Source: Anthoceros angustus (lineage: Eukaryota; Plantae; Anthocerotophyta). From it: DNA of 64,000 nucleotides. The translations under genes were made by a program, and so were the position numbers. Shown one piece after another: positions 11,731 to 25,500 of the stretch. The stretch is taken from contig VJWM01000025.1 in NCBI GenBank assembly GCA_010909165.1, positions 2,542,001 to 2,606,000 on the forward strand. The letters are read 5' to 3'. Within the stretch, counting starts at the first letter, position 1; each line of letters begins with the position of its first letter. Below the pieces are notes generated by a model. That model had not been told where the DNA came from and searched no databases. It saw only the letters and a program-made list of their open reading frames with translations.

Positions 11731-12762
11731 TGACCAAGATGGTTGCTACAAATGCACCGGTGGGGGAGTCGGTGTATTTGGTACAGGGACCGCTAGAGCC
11801 TGCAGCACTCCTTCTAGGTGCCGTTCAAGCATGGTTTGTCCTTCTCCGACTCGCTCCTCCACCTTCTTGATGGCTTTGACACTCTTCAACTTCAGCTCCT
11901 GTCGCACCAACCTGCAGATAATTCCTCACAACTCTTCTCCACATGTACACCGCAGGACTTGGTGCGTCGTTCAACTTCTTGCAAGATGCCGCCCGCTACT
12001 GCAGGTGCATTGGTTTGGACACCTCCAGCTCATCTGTGCATGCGATCTATCTCTCCTTCCGTCATGTGCAAGGTCATCTGAGATCCTCTCTTCCTCGGCC
12101 TGTGGCGTACTCCACACCTTCACCCTGGTCTCTAATGACCGTTTCTCTCCCACCTAGGCTCGACTCCTCCCAATCTGTGGTTTGTTGGAGACGCTGGATG
12201 AGCTGGGCCCTCCGCCGGCGTTGTCCCTCACTTTCTCCTTCCGGTTCGCGTCCCAACACGTTCATGCTGGTGAGGCGGTCTTCACATGGGCGGGCTGCAT
12301 TCCTGCGATGCACTCGGTTGCCAATGCTGCCTATGAGGTTGCCTTCTTCACTGCTGCTGGAAATTCGCCTCCTGATGTCCCGTTGGCTAACAAAATCGCT
12401 CATCCTTGCTGTTGTATGACAGATCGAATTCTGTGGGACTTCCCTTTAGATCTCTTACAATGATGGTGCTGGGAAATCAACGGTTCAACCGCCAGACGGC
12501 TTCAACTTTGTTCCAGCACTTACAGCACAGATGCAACGGATGGTGGCGATGGCATTGGAGAGGCCAAATGGCAGGTTCTAGTGCCTGGCGTTCCCTTCTA
12601 CCTTCGCTCTTTTCTCCGTCTCTCTTGCTGGTCCTTCGAAATGGAGGCGTGTTGTAGATGCGTTACCCTTCAGCATCTCGAACCATTCTCTTCTAAGCCC
12701 AAGCCACACCAATCTGGTCCCCGATTTCCTGATCCAGAGATAGCAAAGTGGCTCGATGCAAA

Positions 12763-13043
12763 TGTCACGTCTCGATCCTGTTGAGCGTGAACTCTAGTTG
12801 GAGTACGAATAGCTACATTCTGAGCGTGTCTTGGTCTCTTGTACATGGAGCGGGGTTCTGTCAAGAACCCCATTTCAACTACTTAATTACCTTCTGGTTA
12901 ATGTCGAAGCCCGCGTATCCTACACCATCTCGGAATGTCCACGTTTCTGACCTAAGAACGGGGTGGTACGTGAAGCTATCTTCGTCGTAGCCCTCTCGAA
13001 GGGAATGCATGGCTGGTGAAGATGCCATGGATCACTTATGACA
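12763..13043 (-). repeat. 5' LTR of chromovirus 1
   Basis: TGTCAC...TGACA, followed by TSD TCGTA. Confidence 0.92.
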
Positions 13044-13476
13044 TCGTAGCTGTCCAGCGGGCACGTACTGCTAGTGAGGCTTGATCGAGATCATGATCCG
13101 TCCGTTCTCGGGCGATCCCGATCTCGATCAGGCCTACTCAATCTCCCAAATCCCGCCAGCCTGCTCCTTACCTTTTCCTTGTTGTCGGCATCATAAACTC
13201 GTAATTTTTTACACATTCGGCATTTTAAGTATAGTAATTTTTGGATTTCTAACTTTTTAATTTAAATTAATTAACGCTGGATCACCCCTCGGGGTATGCT
13301 AGTAAGAAAGGGCCCTTGAACACTCTCTCATCTAAGAGCTGCACAAGTTGCTTTCTAACCCGAGGATACAATATATATAATTGAGTGTGCCAATTTTACG
13401 AAAATTGTTGATTTTACGGACTTTGCGGGAAGATTTTACTTTCATCACCTTTTTCTCCACAAAATCAAAGGACCCT

Positions 13477-13690
13477 ATGGAGCATAACATTAAAGTTAGT
13501 CTCAATGAGCTAATTAAGCTCAACAAAAAGAAGGCAAGAAGCGGCGGCAGTGCCATGCATAAAGTAGTTGGCGCTCGATAAGCCAAGTAAGCTCAACAAA
13601 AAGAGGGCAAGAAGCAAAGGTGATGATCATGACTAAGCAACTGTTGACTGTCTAAATGATCTAATCAAGCTTAATAAAGAGGGGTGCCAA
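13477..13690 (+). pseudogene. Diverged copy of the ALY-UBM repeat gene (3 degenerate units)
   Basis: MEHNIKVSLNELIKLNKKKARSGGSAMHKVVG then broken units; upstream leader homologous to those at 16412 and 33452. Confidence 0.8.
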
Positions 13691-16501
13691 TATGGTTTGG
13701 TGCTCACTTTAGTGAGAAACAGGTGAAACGCTCTTATTTTGTCCTCACACATGTCTACAATTATATAAAATTCATTTCTTCTCCAAACTTTCTGATTGTT
13801 TTTACAGTCATAGTTATGTCTATTGTTTCCATAGAGTTAAAATTAAATAAATCATAAGGTATTAACATATAATTTTAAAAAATCAACTTGAAAAGAACAA
13901 TGTGCTATGAAGCTGCTCCAGCTCAGGTCTCAGCTTTACGGGGAAATGGATGACTCTGTTTGCTTTCGCGATTGGGTACAAATACACAAGCAGGGTGTAG
14001 GTCAAGAAGGCCGTGCTACCCTCGTTAAACTACCTGTTTCTTGGTTTCGCTATTCTAGACGTTGGTTTCGGGATTCTACTGGGGGTTAGTTGGGGTCGGT
14101 TGCGTTTCTTTTCTATTTTTTCAACGTAAAAATAGGCATTAACCCTATTTAACCATCCTAAGCTATTTATCTTATCCATTATTTCCTATCCATTATTTCA
14201 GCTGACTTATAATCCGGAATACCCTTACCTCCCAGGGTTCCCGCCGCCTGGCGGTATCCGGCTATGGTAGCTTCGGCTTTGAGGTGGTCGTGTGTGGATG
14301 ACATGAATGGCGTGGCTCATCGTCGACTGTTTCACAATATCCCCATGGGACTGGTATTTTGCCACTCTTTTTCGGGGAACGGGCCCGCCAGTGGGCGCGC
14401 TCGTTCTTGAGCCGCGGGTGAAGATATCCTAGACAACCACCTTGTTTCTACGCTTTCGCAAGACATTGGAGTAAGCAGGAGGCAAATCGATCGAGCCCTA
14501 TGTCATGACTCAAGAGGTCATTGTTTTGCGAAGTCTGAATAATTTAAGTTATGAGGCCAACTCCATAGAGGCCTATTAGATACTAATTTAAGTATATTAA
14601 GTAATAATTTGCAAAGTGAGTTACAAAACTGAAAGAAACCAATGCGAAGAAAGCTCAATGGAACAAGTTAATTATAATTGATTGGAATGTGAGGGATTCA
14701 ACGAAATTGTAATTCATTGAATGTGGTTACTGAAGACTATGTAATCTTAATAAATTTCACATGAAGCTTGATTGTTGACTATATTGTTAAAAAACATTTG
14801 ATAGGATGCTACAAAAACATTTTTTCAGTAGAAAATAGGCATTCTTTTGAAAGTTCTCACATCTTAGTCAAGTGTGACAAAGATAATAGATATGTAATTA
14901 ATGTAGTGATGAGACGTCTGTGATATAGTGACTTTGTGATGTCCACACAGTTGACAAGCACGTCCTGAAGACAAATGCTTGTGAAACCCCATTTTACATA
15001 CCAGAAGATGCTCAGACGGTCAACAGAGAGACTTTGAGGGATGATGTTTTCACAAACGTAGTCACAGACTCGTCTCATGCATCTGGGGGTGCCCAGAGAT
15101 GAGTGGGGGTGCTTCTTTGAAGAAGAATGCCTGCACAAACTCGCTGTATTCCGTTAGCAAACTCGAGCTAACCAGTGCCCATATGAGAAAAGTGAGGCCA
15201 AAGTTTTCGCAAAATACTCAGCCAATTGTAACCATCTTGGTACCATCTGATACAGCTCAACGAGAGGAACATAATGAGACCAAGCATGTATTTTTTTGAG
15301 TCACTATAACAACGGAACGTGGGCCTAAAGTAATTTTGCAACTTTAGAAAGCAGGGTCAATTTCTCACCAAATATTAGCCAATTGTGACTGTTTTGGTAC
15401 CATCTAATAGAGCTTAACAAGAGGAGCACGAAGATGCCATGCCTGTTATTTCTTGGAGCACTTGAATGGTTATATGTGAAAGAAAGAGTTGAGTTGTAGG
15501 TACGTATACTAGTCTCTAAATTAAATTGGAACTTTGTACACGTGTATCACGTCACATTTGCTTAGAGTGAACAATCCAGTGCTGTGTATTGAAAGCAATG
15601 TTGGAGCAAAACTCCAAGCGCAAAGCCTTCTCAAAACAGGGTGCTGGCTCTCAAGTGTGCACAGTTGGGTTGACACAAGACTTGAAGAAACTACAGTGCT
15701 CCCCAAGCGGTTTGTACAGCAATAGATTTTGTAAACACACACTGAGTAGGCATTGAGCAGGACCTCATGTAGTCAAGCTATGCAGGTCGTGGAGTGTGTG
15801 CCAATAAGCACCTCCAAAAATGGAAGAATGACATGCAAATCTAGATGTAGAAGGATTGGAAAGGCAACAGAGTGTTTGACAGATCTAGATTTGATTACGA
15901 TTATTTCATCACACCTTAGAGCAAGCTGGAGCTACCTTCATCATGTGGAAGTGGGCAGCAACAAGGCCTGACCTCTTTCTCGTAAATCTTTGCAGTGAGC
16001 TTGCACAATGGCACACAAATGCTACAGCTCTTATTTCTTTTGCAGCCAAACTCTGGAATTGGAGTATATCTCAAGCTAGACATGGTGTTTTGGTTCGAGG
16101 AATGTAGCCAGCACTGATTAATGACGGACTCAGAAGACAGATAAGCAAGTTTGGTAGATTAGCTGCAGGCCAGTGAAGGATGCCACGTGGTGCTTTAATC
16201 CTTGACGGAGCAGGATGGTCTTTAGTAACCGCTTTCCAATTAATTACGATTTCTTTTCACCGGACCCTCGGGTCCTACTATATCTGTAGTCTTCACGATA
16301 TGAGTTCATACATACGTACGTAGTCTTTAGCATAGGAGACTTTCACAAGACCATTACTAAAGTATTATTGACATATTTCATCTGCAAGAATATAGTGCAT
16401 ATAATTTTCTTTTGCCAACTTTGCAAGAATTGTTTGATTTGCGGACTTTGCAGGAAGTTTTCACTTTCATCTACTTTTTCTCCATAAAGTCGAAGGACCC
16501 T

Positions 16502-16890
16502 ATGGAGCATGATGTAAATATTAGTCTTGATGAGCTAATTAAGCTCAACAAAAAGAAGGCAAGAAGCTGCGGCGGTGACATGCGTAAAGTAGTTGGTGCC
16601 AACCTTGATGAACTAAGGTCGGTAAAGGAAGGCAAGTGGTGGCTACAATGACCATGGAGCAGCTAGTGCCAACATCGATGAACTAATTAAGTTGAACAAA
16701 AGGAAGGCAGGAGCTGGCTCCGCTCACCATGGAGCAGCAAGTGCCAACTTCGATGAACTATTGAAGTTGAATAAAAAGAAGGCAGGAGGTGGCTACGTTG
16801 ACCATGGAACAGCTAGTGCCAACCTTGATGAAGTAATTAAGCTCAACAAAAAGAAGGCTGGAGGTGCCTACGGTGACCATGGAGCAACTA
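16502..16890 (+). CDS. ALY-UBM repeat ORF copy (5 units, one frameshift), truncated by retroelement sequence
   Basis: MEHDVNISLDELIKLNKKK...(ANxDELIKLNKKKAGGGYxDHGxAS)n. Confidence 0.75.
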
Positions 16891-16994
16891 GTGTTGCAAC
16901 TAGTTTAGGGTCTGCGCCTTTTCAACTTTGACCAACAAAGTTTAGGGTCAACACCTAGGTTGACCCTTTTCAACTAGTTTAGGGTCTGCGCACG

Positions 16995-18763
16995 ACACTG
17001 GCTACAGCGCCCACGCTAAGAGGCCCAGACTGGAGTAAGAAATTCCATGTTTTCGTTGATGTTTCAGCATTTGCAATCGGATCGGTCCTTAGCCAGCGGG
17101 ATGAGAAGAAGAAGGATTTCCCGATCTACTATGCCGGCACAACTAACGGACGCGGAACGAAAGTATACCACCACGGAGCGCGAAGCACTGGGAATGATTT
17201 ACTCGGTCAGGAAATTCAGACACTACCTCCTCTCATATGAGTTTGTGTTTCACGTTGATCACTTTGCCTTGAAACACCTTGTGAATAAACCTGACCTTTC
17301 GGGACGGATAGCCCGTTGGATCCTACTGCTCCAGGAGTTTTCTTTCACAGTAGAAACGAGAGAGGGCAGGAAGCATGTCAACGCCGACTTCATATCCCGC
17401 TTGAAGACAGGAACGGTGGAGCGAAACCAGGAAGATGATTTTCCCGATGAGACATTGTTTTCAGCGAAGGTCGAAAGCAAACAGGCGAAGACCAGTTCGG
17501 AAGGAAATAAGGGTGGAGAGCCAGCATCGATTGAGAAGGGGAGGAGAGGTTCCACAAGACCAACATATCAGGAGATTTATGATTATCTCGGCACGGGTCA
17601 AATCCCTTCACATCTTCCCAAAGCACAGAAACAGGCGCTCGTCCACTACTCAAGACCACTTAGACACGCAAGACGAACTTATACCGAGTAGGTCCAGATG
17701 GCAGGGAGCGGTTATGGGTACGCATCAAGCAAGGGTAGCATCGAGCTCATTACACGAGGGAGGCGGGGGCCATTATGCCGCGCATGTCACTTGCAGGAAA
17801 ATTCTGGAGGCTGGCTATTGGTGGCCTACCATGTACAAGGATGCCAAGGAATTCGTAAAGCGCTGTGACGTCAAAGAGTCGGCAAGCCAACCGCCACAAC
17901 CCAATGGCCCCTTGTTCCCATACTTGCACTGGCACCATTCGAGAAATGGGGGATCGATTTTGTCGGGCCCATCCATTAAAACAAAGACCCGCCAAAACCA
18001 AGACATACATCAGCCAGATTACCGACACGGAGGATGGTAAAGCGCCGGTGGATTCGCGAACGTGGCTGTTCTCGCTTGAGCAAATCATCACTAGATATGG
18101 CTGCCCATTGGAGCTGGTCAGTGATAGAGGTACGCATTTCGTCAATCAGGTAATCTCTAATATGACCAGTCACTTCAATGTTGATCACAGGAAGACCACT
18201 CCCTACAACCCAAAGGCCAATGGGCTGACCGAAAAGGCAAACGGCTTGTTGTGCAAGATTCACCAAGCTCACGGCTATGCGATGATCGATATGAAATCGC
18301 TAAGCACTTTGGGCATACCGAACATGGAAAGGTGACAACGCAGCTCAGACATTACATATGGACACTCACCGTCATGCCAATAGAGTTCGAAGTACCCACC
18401 CTCAGAGTACGAGAAACAAGTCGAATGCCGGTGGAGGAAAGCCAATTGGAGAGGTTGGTTGGATTCGTAAGACACACGGAAGACAGAGAACAAGCACTAC
18501 AAGTTATGCGGGATGTTCAGCAGAGAAGGAAGGAATGGCATGATAAGCGACTGAAGCGCCAAGAGTATGTTGTTCCTGGGGACCTGGCTCTATTGTATGA
18601 TAACCGATACATGCATTTTCCAGGTAAGTTACATTTAAGGTGGATGGGACCCTACAAAGTTTTGGAGGTTTTCGACAACGGATCTATCCAGCTGCAGCAG
18701 TTGAATGGATCGCCCCTGCCAACTAGAGTCAACGGTTGGCGAGTTAAAAAGTATTACCAATAA
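16995..18763 (+). mobile_element. Non-chromoviral Ty3/Gypsy (Athila/Tat-like) pol remnant: RNase H + integrase
   Basis: FHVFVDVSAFAIGSVLSQ, YTTTEREALG, DHFALKHL, RIARWILLLQEF, HEGGGGHY..GYWWPTM..C, LVSDRGTHF, TTPYNPKANGLTEK, GKLHLRWMGPY..VNGWRVKKY; polypurine gagaaggggag at 18786. Confidence 0.9.
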
Positions 18764-19213
18764 GTTGGCGAGGACGCCAACAAATGAGAAGGGGAGTATG
18801 TGGAAGACCACATATACACTAACCCTCTCTGAAGTGTCGGGATGAACGATTTTTTTTGTTTTGGGAGTGTTTGTATAGCAAAGTGCTTTGAGAATCGCCT
18901 GGGTAAGGTCTTTTATACGAGAATGGTCCTTGGCCCTTGGGATAATAATTTTTTTTTTTGAACCTTAGGTTTTCGAATTTTGATAGGTAGGTCGGAGATA
19001 GAGTCCTTGGGTTTTGGTGATTTTAGAAATAAGAAAGTGTCTATATATGTTAGGGGTGCCTACACCGCCACAGCGCAGCCGGGAGGTAGTGCCCACCACG
19101 GTGGTCAAGAACGGACGCACTGTGGGGAGTTTACAACCCTAGTGGCGAGCGGGCGCCGATGCTGAGCGCAATCGAGACGACACACCCAAAGACCGCGAGG
19201 TCGCAATTTCCGT

Positions 19214-21092
19214 GTGAGCGAGCCGCAGAAGCCGGGCCGCGATGCAACCGCTCGTGAGTCTCGCTTGCAGGTGGACGACGCTACGTGGCGCACGGCAGGA
19301 GGAAACCAGCGGGCGGCGCGAAGGAGGAAAAGAGACGCTGAGGCAAGAGCGCCAGCAAGAGCGAGTGGAGGAGACGCGAGGGTGGTGTCCCTTTTCGACC
19401 AGCGGGAGGGTGGGTTCTTTTCTGAAGAAACAAGGAGAAGGAGATGGCGCCGAGTCAGGGCCAAATTTTACTCATGCAAAGGGCCCAACATGGACCATCG
19501 GAAGGTGAGAGCGGCAGCCCGTGCAGGAGCCGGGTCCGGAATTTATGGAGAAGAAATGGTGTTACCAAAGATTGGTGCAAGAGTGCGCCGCAATTGAGAA
19601 CCAAGTTGCAAGAGGGAGAGGAAGAGGCCGCAAACTGGATTTGGGACTCTTTCGAGCAGAAGGGCGAGAAGCATCGAGGATGGAAGCTTGGTAATTGACC
19701 CCGAGAAAGAAGACCACGAGGCTGCAGCGGCTGCGCTCATGAAGCCTGGAGAAGTGAGAGTGAACAATGGATGGGTGACTCGCCAACTCGTGTCTCACCG
19801 TGGGATTAGCCAAGTGGATTTTGTGTTTCGCAATCGGAAGTTGGATCATATGGCGGACCACTTCGGTCTTTCTTCATGAGGTGGTTAAAGGTACACAATC
19901 GATTGGGGCGGATGATCTTTGAAAGAGCCTGTGAGGAGAGGCGAATTTGCTCTCCCTTCCCTCGGCCCTCCTTGATTTCACCTTTTCTAATTCATGTGTT
20001 CGCGCATTAGGGTGTCTAACGGAGTTGAAGTCGGTCCGCCTTCATAGCCGGAAACCGGTGGAACCCAAGGTAGAGGAGGAGGAGTGTAAGGAAGATTAGG
20101 AAGGATTCCGGTTGGGAATCGCCTCCTAGAAGATTCGGATGAAGGTGGGGAGGTTTCAAGGGCAAGAAGCGGAGGGCGCGGAGAACGGGAAGGAAGGACA
20201 CAGAAGAGGAACCCACACACACCTAGGGTCACCAGTCGAAATCAGCAGGAACGCGAGTGAAGGAGGAGAAAATAAAGGAAGCGACAAGTTGTGCCTCTCC
20301 TGTGGGGAGGAGTCGCCGCTAGGAGAGATTGGAGCGGATGAGGAAGTTGTGGCAAACCAACCCCTAGAAGAAGAGGGGTTAGTTTCGATAGCCAAGTCCG
20401 ACGGAGCTCCGAACATTTTGGCGACATTTCACCGACCGTCCTACCGGCAAGTGGAGAGTGACACCGTCAAGGCGAGAATTGTTGTGGAAGGAATGGGCAC
20501 GGGCAGCCCAATGGAATCAGCCCGACTTCGCCATGGCTCAGACGCAGGCGGATCTCCTCGACCAGGCAGCCATGGCTCTCACCTGGCTGAGTGTGCAGGG
20601 CCAACAGGAAAAGTTGCTCAAGGAGAAGTTGGAGAGCCTGGAAGGCGAGAACAAGGTGGCAGAGGAGCGCAGACGGGAATGCGAGGCGGCCCTATGCAAG
20701 GCACAGGAGCAGCTAAGGCCATGTCCACCCAACAGGAGGCCTTAGTGAATCAGGTCAAGGGGGCGCATGCCACAATCGAGGAGCTTCAAGATGAGGTCTC
20801 GCGAGCCCAGGAACAAATGGAAACAATGGCGCCCGAGAAATTCAAGAAGTCATGGAGAGATATAAGCGAGAGAGAGATGAAGCTAGGGCGAGTCAAGAGA
20901 GAGGTGGCCAAACCAAGAAGGCGAGCCACGAACCGCAGAGTCAAGCCACCACCGTGGAAACTACCACCACGGTGGCTAAACCGCCACCGCCAAGGAGGAA
21001 CCGAGGTGGGGAAGTCACCGACAGAGCGCCGCAGTGGGGATACGATCCTCGAATCCAAGGCGCCCGGTGATTGTCCACGGGAGGAGAGGTAA
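19214..21092 (+). pseudogene. Extra post-pol ORF region of the Athila/Tat-like element, frameshifted, coiled-coil rich
   Basis: Consecutive frame-shifted pieces (QGQQEKLLKEKLESLEGENKVAEERRRECEAALCKAQEQLR; QQEALVNQVKGAHATIEELQDEVSRAQEQME); TATA-like ctatatat at 19041. Confidence 0.5.
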
Positions 21093-21996
21093 GAACCTCA
21101 GTCAAGAGCGACAGTGCTACGGGCCCTGGATGAGGATGCTCATGTCCTCGGCCGTCGCATGGTGAGCGGTGCTCACTCTAAATGTGTATGTGGTTGTTGG
21201 GACAGAGGGGCGTAAACTATTGGTCGCACATCTTGACCGCCACGGTGCTACGCTGGTTCTTCCGAACGGGAGCGGGGCCTACCCCAAGTGGTGATCGAGG
21301 AAATGAGCGGAGGCAGGCGTGGAGGGAGGAGCACACGGTGGCTGTCGGCGATGAGGAGGCGGAATAACGGGCATAGGGCCTATCGACGCATGGAAGACGC
21401 CAAGAAACCGCAGTGCAGTGCGAGGTGGAGGTTTTGGGGAGAATCGCCGGATCGAGGCGCAGGTGAGAGCGAGAGCGACGGAACCCCACCGCAGGGCTAG
21501 GCAAAGAATCATGACGCGCACCGATTTTAGGAGAGCGACATCATAGGCCGAGGCTTTTTGGGGTAGGGGATAGGATGTTTTGAGGACCCGTGGAGCTGTA
21601 GTTACCTGAATTGGTAGGAGCGCTCGTGGTAGTGGGCCATATTTTCTAGACACCTTTGGTAGGAGTGGTGGAAATCCATACCGAATGTATAAGAGACCCT
21701 TGAGAGTCTCTCAATGCATACAATTTCGTGTGAACTTCCGTGTTGAAGCTATGCGCGAGGTTGGTTGGAGGCGATCGGCATCAAACTCGTTCGATGCACC
21801 GCCTTCTCGTCACAAGAAGGCCGGAAGATCCTCGGATGGTCGAGGCGGAGTGGCCAAGCTCCTGACGGGGTAGCCGGGCGCTACGAAAAAGAGGTAGGAA
21901 TTGCAGCGGAAGGTTGAGGCGGAGGCGGCGGATCGCCAAAGCCGGGTTTTCTTTCGATCCTCTTTCCCAAGCTACGCCACGTGTTTTATTCCATGA

Positions 21997-22114
21997 GAGG
22001 GTCTGTGGCCCAAGGAGGGGTCTGTGGCCCAAGGAGGGGTCTGTGTGGCCCAAGGAGGGGTCTGTGGTGGCCCAAGGAGGGGTCTGTGGTGGCCCAAGGA
22101 GGGGTCTGTGGCCC
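21997..22114. repeat. 19-22-bp minisatellite, 6 copies (gaggggtctgt(gt/ggt)ggcccaag)
   Basis: Directly visible. Confidence 0.95.
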
Positions 22115-22534
22115 GTGAGGCGAGGGAGAGTTCATTAGGAAGGAAGGTCCCGAAGATTGAGTCTTGTGTGAGGATTGTGAGTGTGTGTGTGGGGAAAATC
22201 GGAAATGCGTAGGGGGAGTGGAAGTGTGCGGTGGAATCGCAGAAATTCCTAGAAGTGAAGTGAGGTGTATATAGGTGTTTGTATGTCCATAGCCCCCAAG
22301 GTCTGCGCCAGAGAAGCCGGTGACAAATAGACCCCGCGACAGCGCTCTGGGGGACCCGCCATGGTTGAACCGCCACGCGGTGAATCTACCACTGGTGGGT
22401 TTGGGTAGGGTAGCTGGATAAGGTGGGGTAGTGAGCGACGGGGTAGGTCTAGAATCCACAGATTCAGAACACTTTGACACAAAACCATTCCCTTGGGATC
22501 GAATCCTAGGACTATAACGACATAGAGGGTAAAT

Positions 22535-25500
22535 GTGGCCTCTTTGCGTCTTCGGATGCAAAAAAACCCATCCCACAACAGCACTCCAGCGGAATCACGC
22601 CACCCTCCTGTACAGAACACAGTCGGTGAGCCAATCGGAAGTGAAGCGAATCGGACAAACACCTTGCGAAGGATGGAGGAAAGGACAGCCAGTGTCGAAC
22701 ATACCTACGACGAATTGCGCTCATCCTTGTCTCGACAAGACCAACAGCTGGCTAGGGTAGAGCAGGCTGTCGATCGGATCAAGTCCGGTGGGGAGGGCTG
22801 GCCACGGAGAGGTACTGAGGTGTGCTCCAGACGCTGGAGCAACCAACACCCCCAGGCGCTCACCAGTTCCCACCCTCGGACGCTGAGGTGACCAGACCCG
22901 TGCCCACGGTGGACGGGACACACCTCTCCACCCATGTGGATGGAAGACTATCAGGAGCAACCCACCCTGCCACGGGAAGGGAAGAAGGACGGAGGTACAC
23001 CACTGTACCTTGTGCCGAGAAGGAATCCCACCTAGAGGATGGGGGGCTGAGGAAGAAACTCATCGTAGAACTCCAACCTGGCGAGGAAGAGAACAAAGAC
23101 ATCAAAGCAATGGTGAGGTGTCTGCAGATGATGAGATATGAGCATTGGGAGCGCCAACGAGGTCGCTCGAGTGGAGAAGCTCAAGTGGGAGAAGAATACC
23201 CGTTCAAACCGAAGCCCCAGCTCGACAAGGAGTTACACCAAAAAATCAAGACCACAACGTTCGACGGAAGTGCCAAAGATGCTCAAAGTGTGCATGAGTG
23301 GTTGGACAAACTCGACAAGTACCTTGCAGCCTCCCACAAAGACGATTTGCAGAAGATCCAGTTCTGCGTGATGTCGCTTGAAGGATATGCCTACCGTTGG
23401 TGGCGCCAGAGAGAAAAACAGGTGGACCTCGGCATGGAACCACCCGTGTACTCCTGGCCTGTCCTCAAACAGCTCTTCTTGGAACAGTTCCTACCAGTGA
23501 ATCATCGCAGAGACTTGTATCAACAATTCCGAAAGATATTCCAACAAGGTAGTGTACAAGAGTATTGTGCTAAGTTTCTCCAACTCACACTTGACATGCC
23601 CAGGCTGGATGAGGAGCAAAAGATCGAGAAATTCATCGACGGACTGAAATTCGAAATGAGAGCGGATGTGAACCAAACGAACCCAGCAACTTTGGTCGAA
23701 GCAATGCGAGCAGCCATCAATTACGGTACGAACAAGTACAAACACTTCTCTTCCGCAGGTCCCTCTAAGCCTAAGTGGAACAAGACAGCTAACGCGTCAG
23801 ACAAGAAACCAACTTTCAAAATACTGACGGAGGAGGAGAAGAAGGAATACAGTGAGAAGAGGAAATGTTTCACTTGCATGGCACAAGACCATGGTTCAAA
23901 GAACGCCTTTCCGCAAGGACTTCATCAATCGGTTGAGAGAAACCGGAAGACCACCGAGCAACCCAAACCCTCCCAAGAGCGGACATGCCATCAACACAAC
24001 CGAGGTCGACCATGTCATAGCCGCAGCGATCTCGTGGAAGTCAAATCTCCAAGAGGGTTACAATGTGCCCATCAAACTAGAGGTTGGTCTAGAAGGCGCC
24101 CGAGCCACCCCTAGACTCTGGTGCCAGTCATCATTATGTGTCTAGATCCGCTGAAAAGGTTGGCTGATCCGTACCTCGGACATGTGTCCACATGGTAGTG
24201 ATGGTGACATGAAACCGGCAAGGAAGAGTGGTGATGCACTAATCACCTTCCTGTGGTTTTGAAATCTTCAAGTGACGTAATGCCGTCCTTGTGTCATGAC
24301 ATCATCATTGGTAAGCTCGGTCCAAGCATACCCACACATTAGACATAAAGGTTGTCTAACGTAGTGAGTCTTACAAAGGGGGATAAGACATACACCATGC
24401 AAGGTGAACAGTATACCCCGACAAGCTTGTTTGCGATGTCTGCCAGCCGCCTCTGGCGAGTTCATGTCTAGCTAAGCGAAAAAGTCTTACCCTAGAAGGA
24501 ACCCCGAGTCCAGTGCGAAGCCAAGGCTCATGAGGAACTCCTACCACCCACCATGAAGTCATCACAGGAGTTCCGTGATGTGTTCACCGAACCGCAGAAC
24601 TCCCCTAGGCGTCACATCGACCATGCCATAGAGCTCCTGGTCATAAACCCATCAAGATCCACCACACCGTACCATCGAAAACGAGGAAATAAAAAACAAG
24701 TAGACGAACTCCTACGGAAAGGGTTTGTCGCCCTTTGTCCCCTTGAGGGCCCTTCCTTCTTGTTGGCAAACCGGATGGTGGTTGGCGGCTATGCATCGAC
24801 TATCGAGGACTCAACCGCCACGAAATGTCTACCGATGCCGAGGATCGATGAGATCCTGGACCAACTTCACGGTGCAAAGTGGTTTACCAAGATTGATCGA
24901 GATCCGGCTTCCACGGATCGGATCAAGGAAGGGATGAGTCAAAACGACCTTCCGCACAAGACATGGCCACTTGAGTTCGTGGTCATGCCGTTTGGCGACC
25001 AACGCACAACATTCCAATGTCTCATGCAGACATCTTACGACCATTGTTGGGGCACGCGTCAGTATTCCTCCACGACATCCTCATATACACACGACCTAGA
25101 GACACATTACACCTTGGTCGAAGGTACTTGAGCTGCGTGCAAATAAGTTATTGGCCAAAAGAAGTAAGTGTGTCTTCATGAGGCGAGTGTGAATACCGGG
25201 CCACATCATTAGTGCAGCGGTATCCGGGTAGATCCCAAGGTCAAAGCCGTGGTGGTGGCCCCTACCTCGTGATATCACACAACTACGTGGGTTCTCGGCA
25301 TGGCCGGCTTTACCGCTTCATCCAAAGTTTAGCAAGATAGCTTCACAGCGGATGCCCTCAGGCACTCAACCGCAAACCCTTACAACTGGGGCCAGCGGCC
25401 GTCCATGCATTTGAACAGCTCAAGCAAGCCCTTAGTTCGCTCCGTCTTTGGCGGTGGCGGCCCCAGGCCCCATACACCACACACACGGCGCGCCAGTTTT

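Larger units (their letters stand above)
6137..13043 (-). mobile_element. Ty3/Gypsy chromovirus LTR retrotransposon, both LTRs present, RNase H/integrase deleted
   Basis: Two ~281-bp LTRs (TGTCAC...TGAC[A/G]); 5-bp TSD TCGTA (6132-6136, 13044-13048); PPT at 6418-6432; degenerate Met PBS next to 12762; gag-PR-RT order; chromodomain tail TWEP at ~6490. Confidence 0.93.
5444..13302 (+). mobile_element. Candidate non-autonomous Helitron hosting the chromovirus insertion
   Basis: A|TCTTATTATT at 5443/5444 and a small hairpin acccc-tc-ggggt followed by CTAG|T at 13299-13303; no Rep/helicase. Termini are short and may be chance. Confidence 0.3.

Noticed and set aside
13900-16280. Possible ncRNA or transposase in 14-16 kb
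   Set aside because: No tRNA, snRNA or transposase motif recognised; only a twice-repeated ~65-bp motif (15220, 15377) and a small hairpin at 16262.
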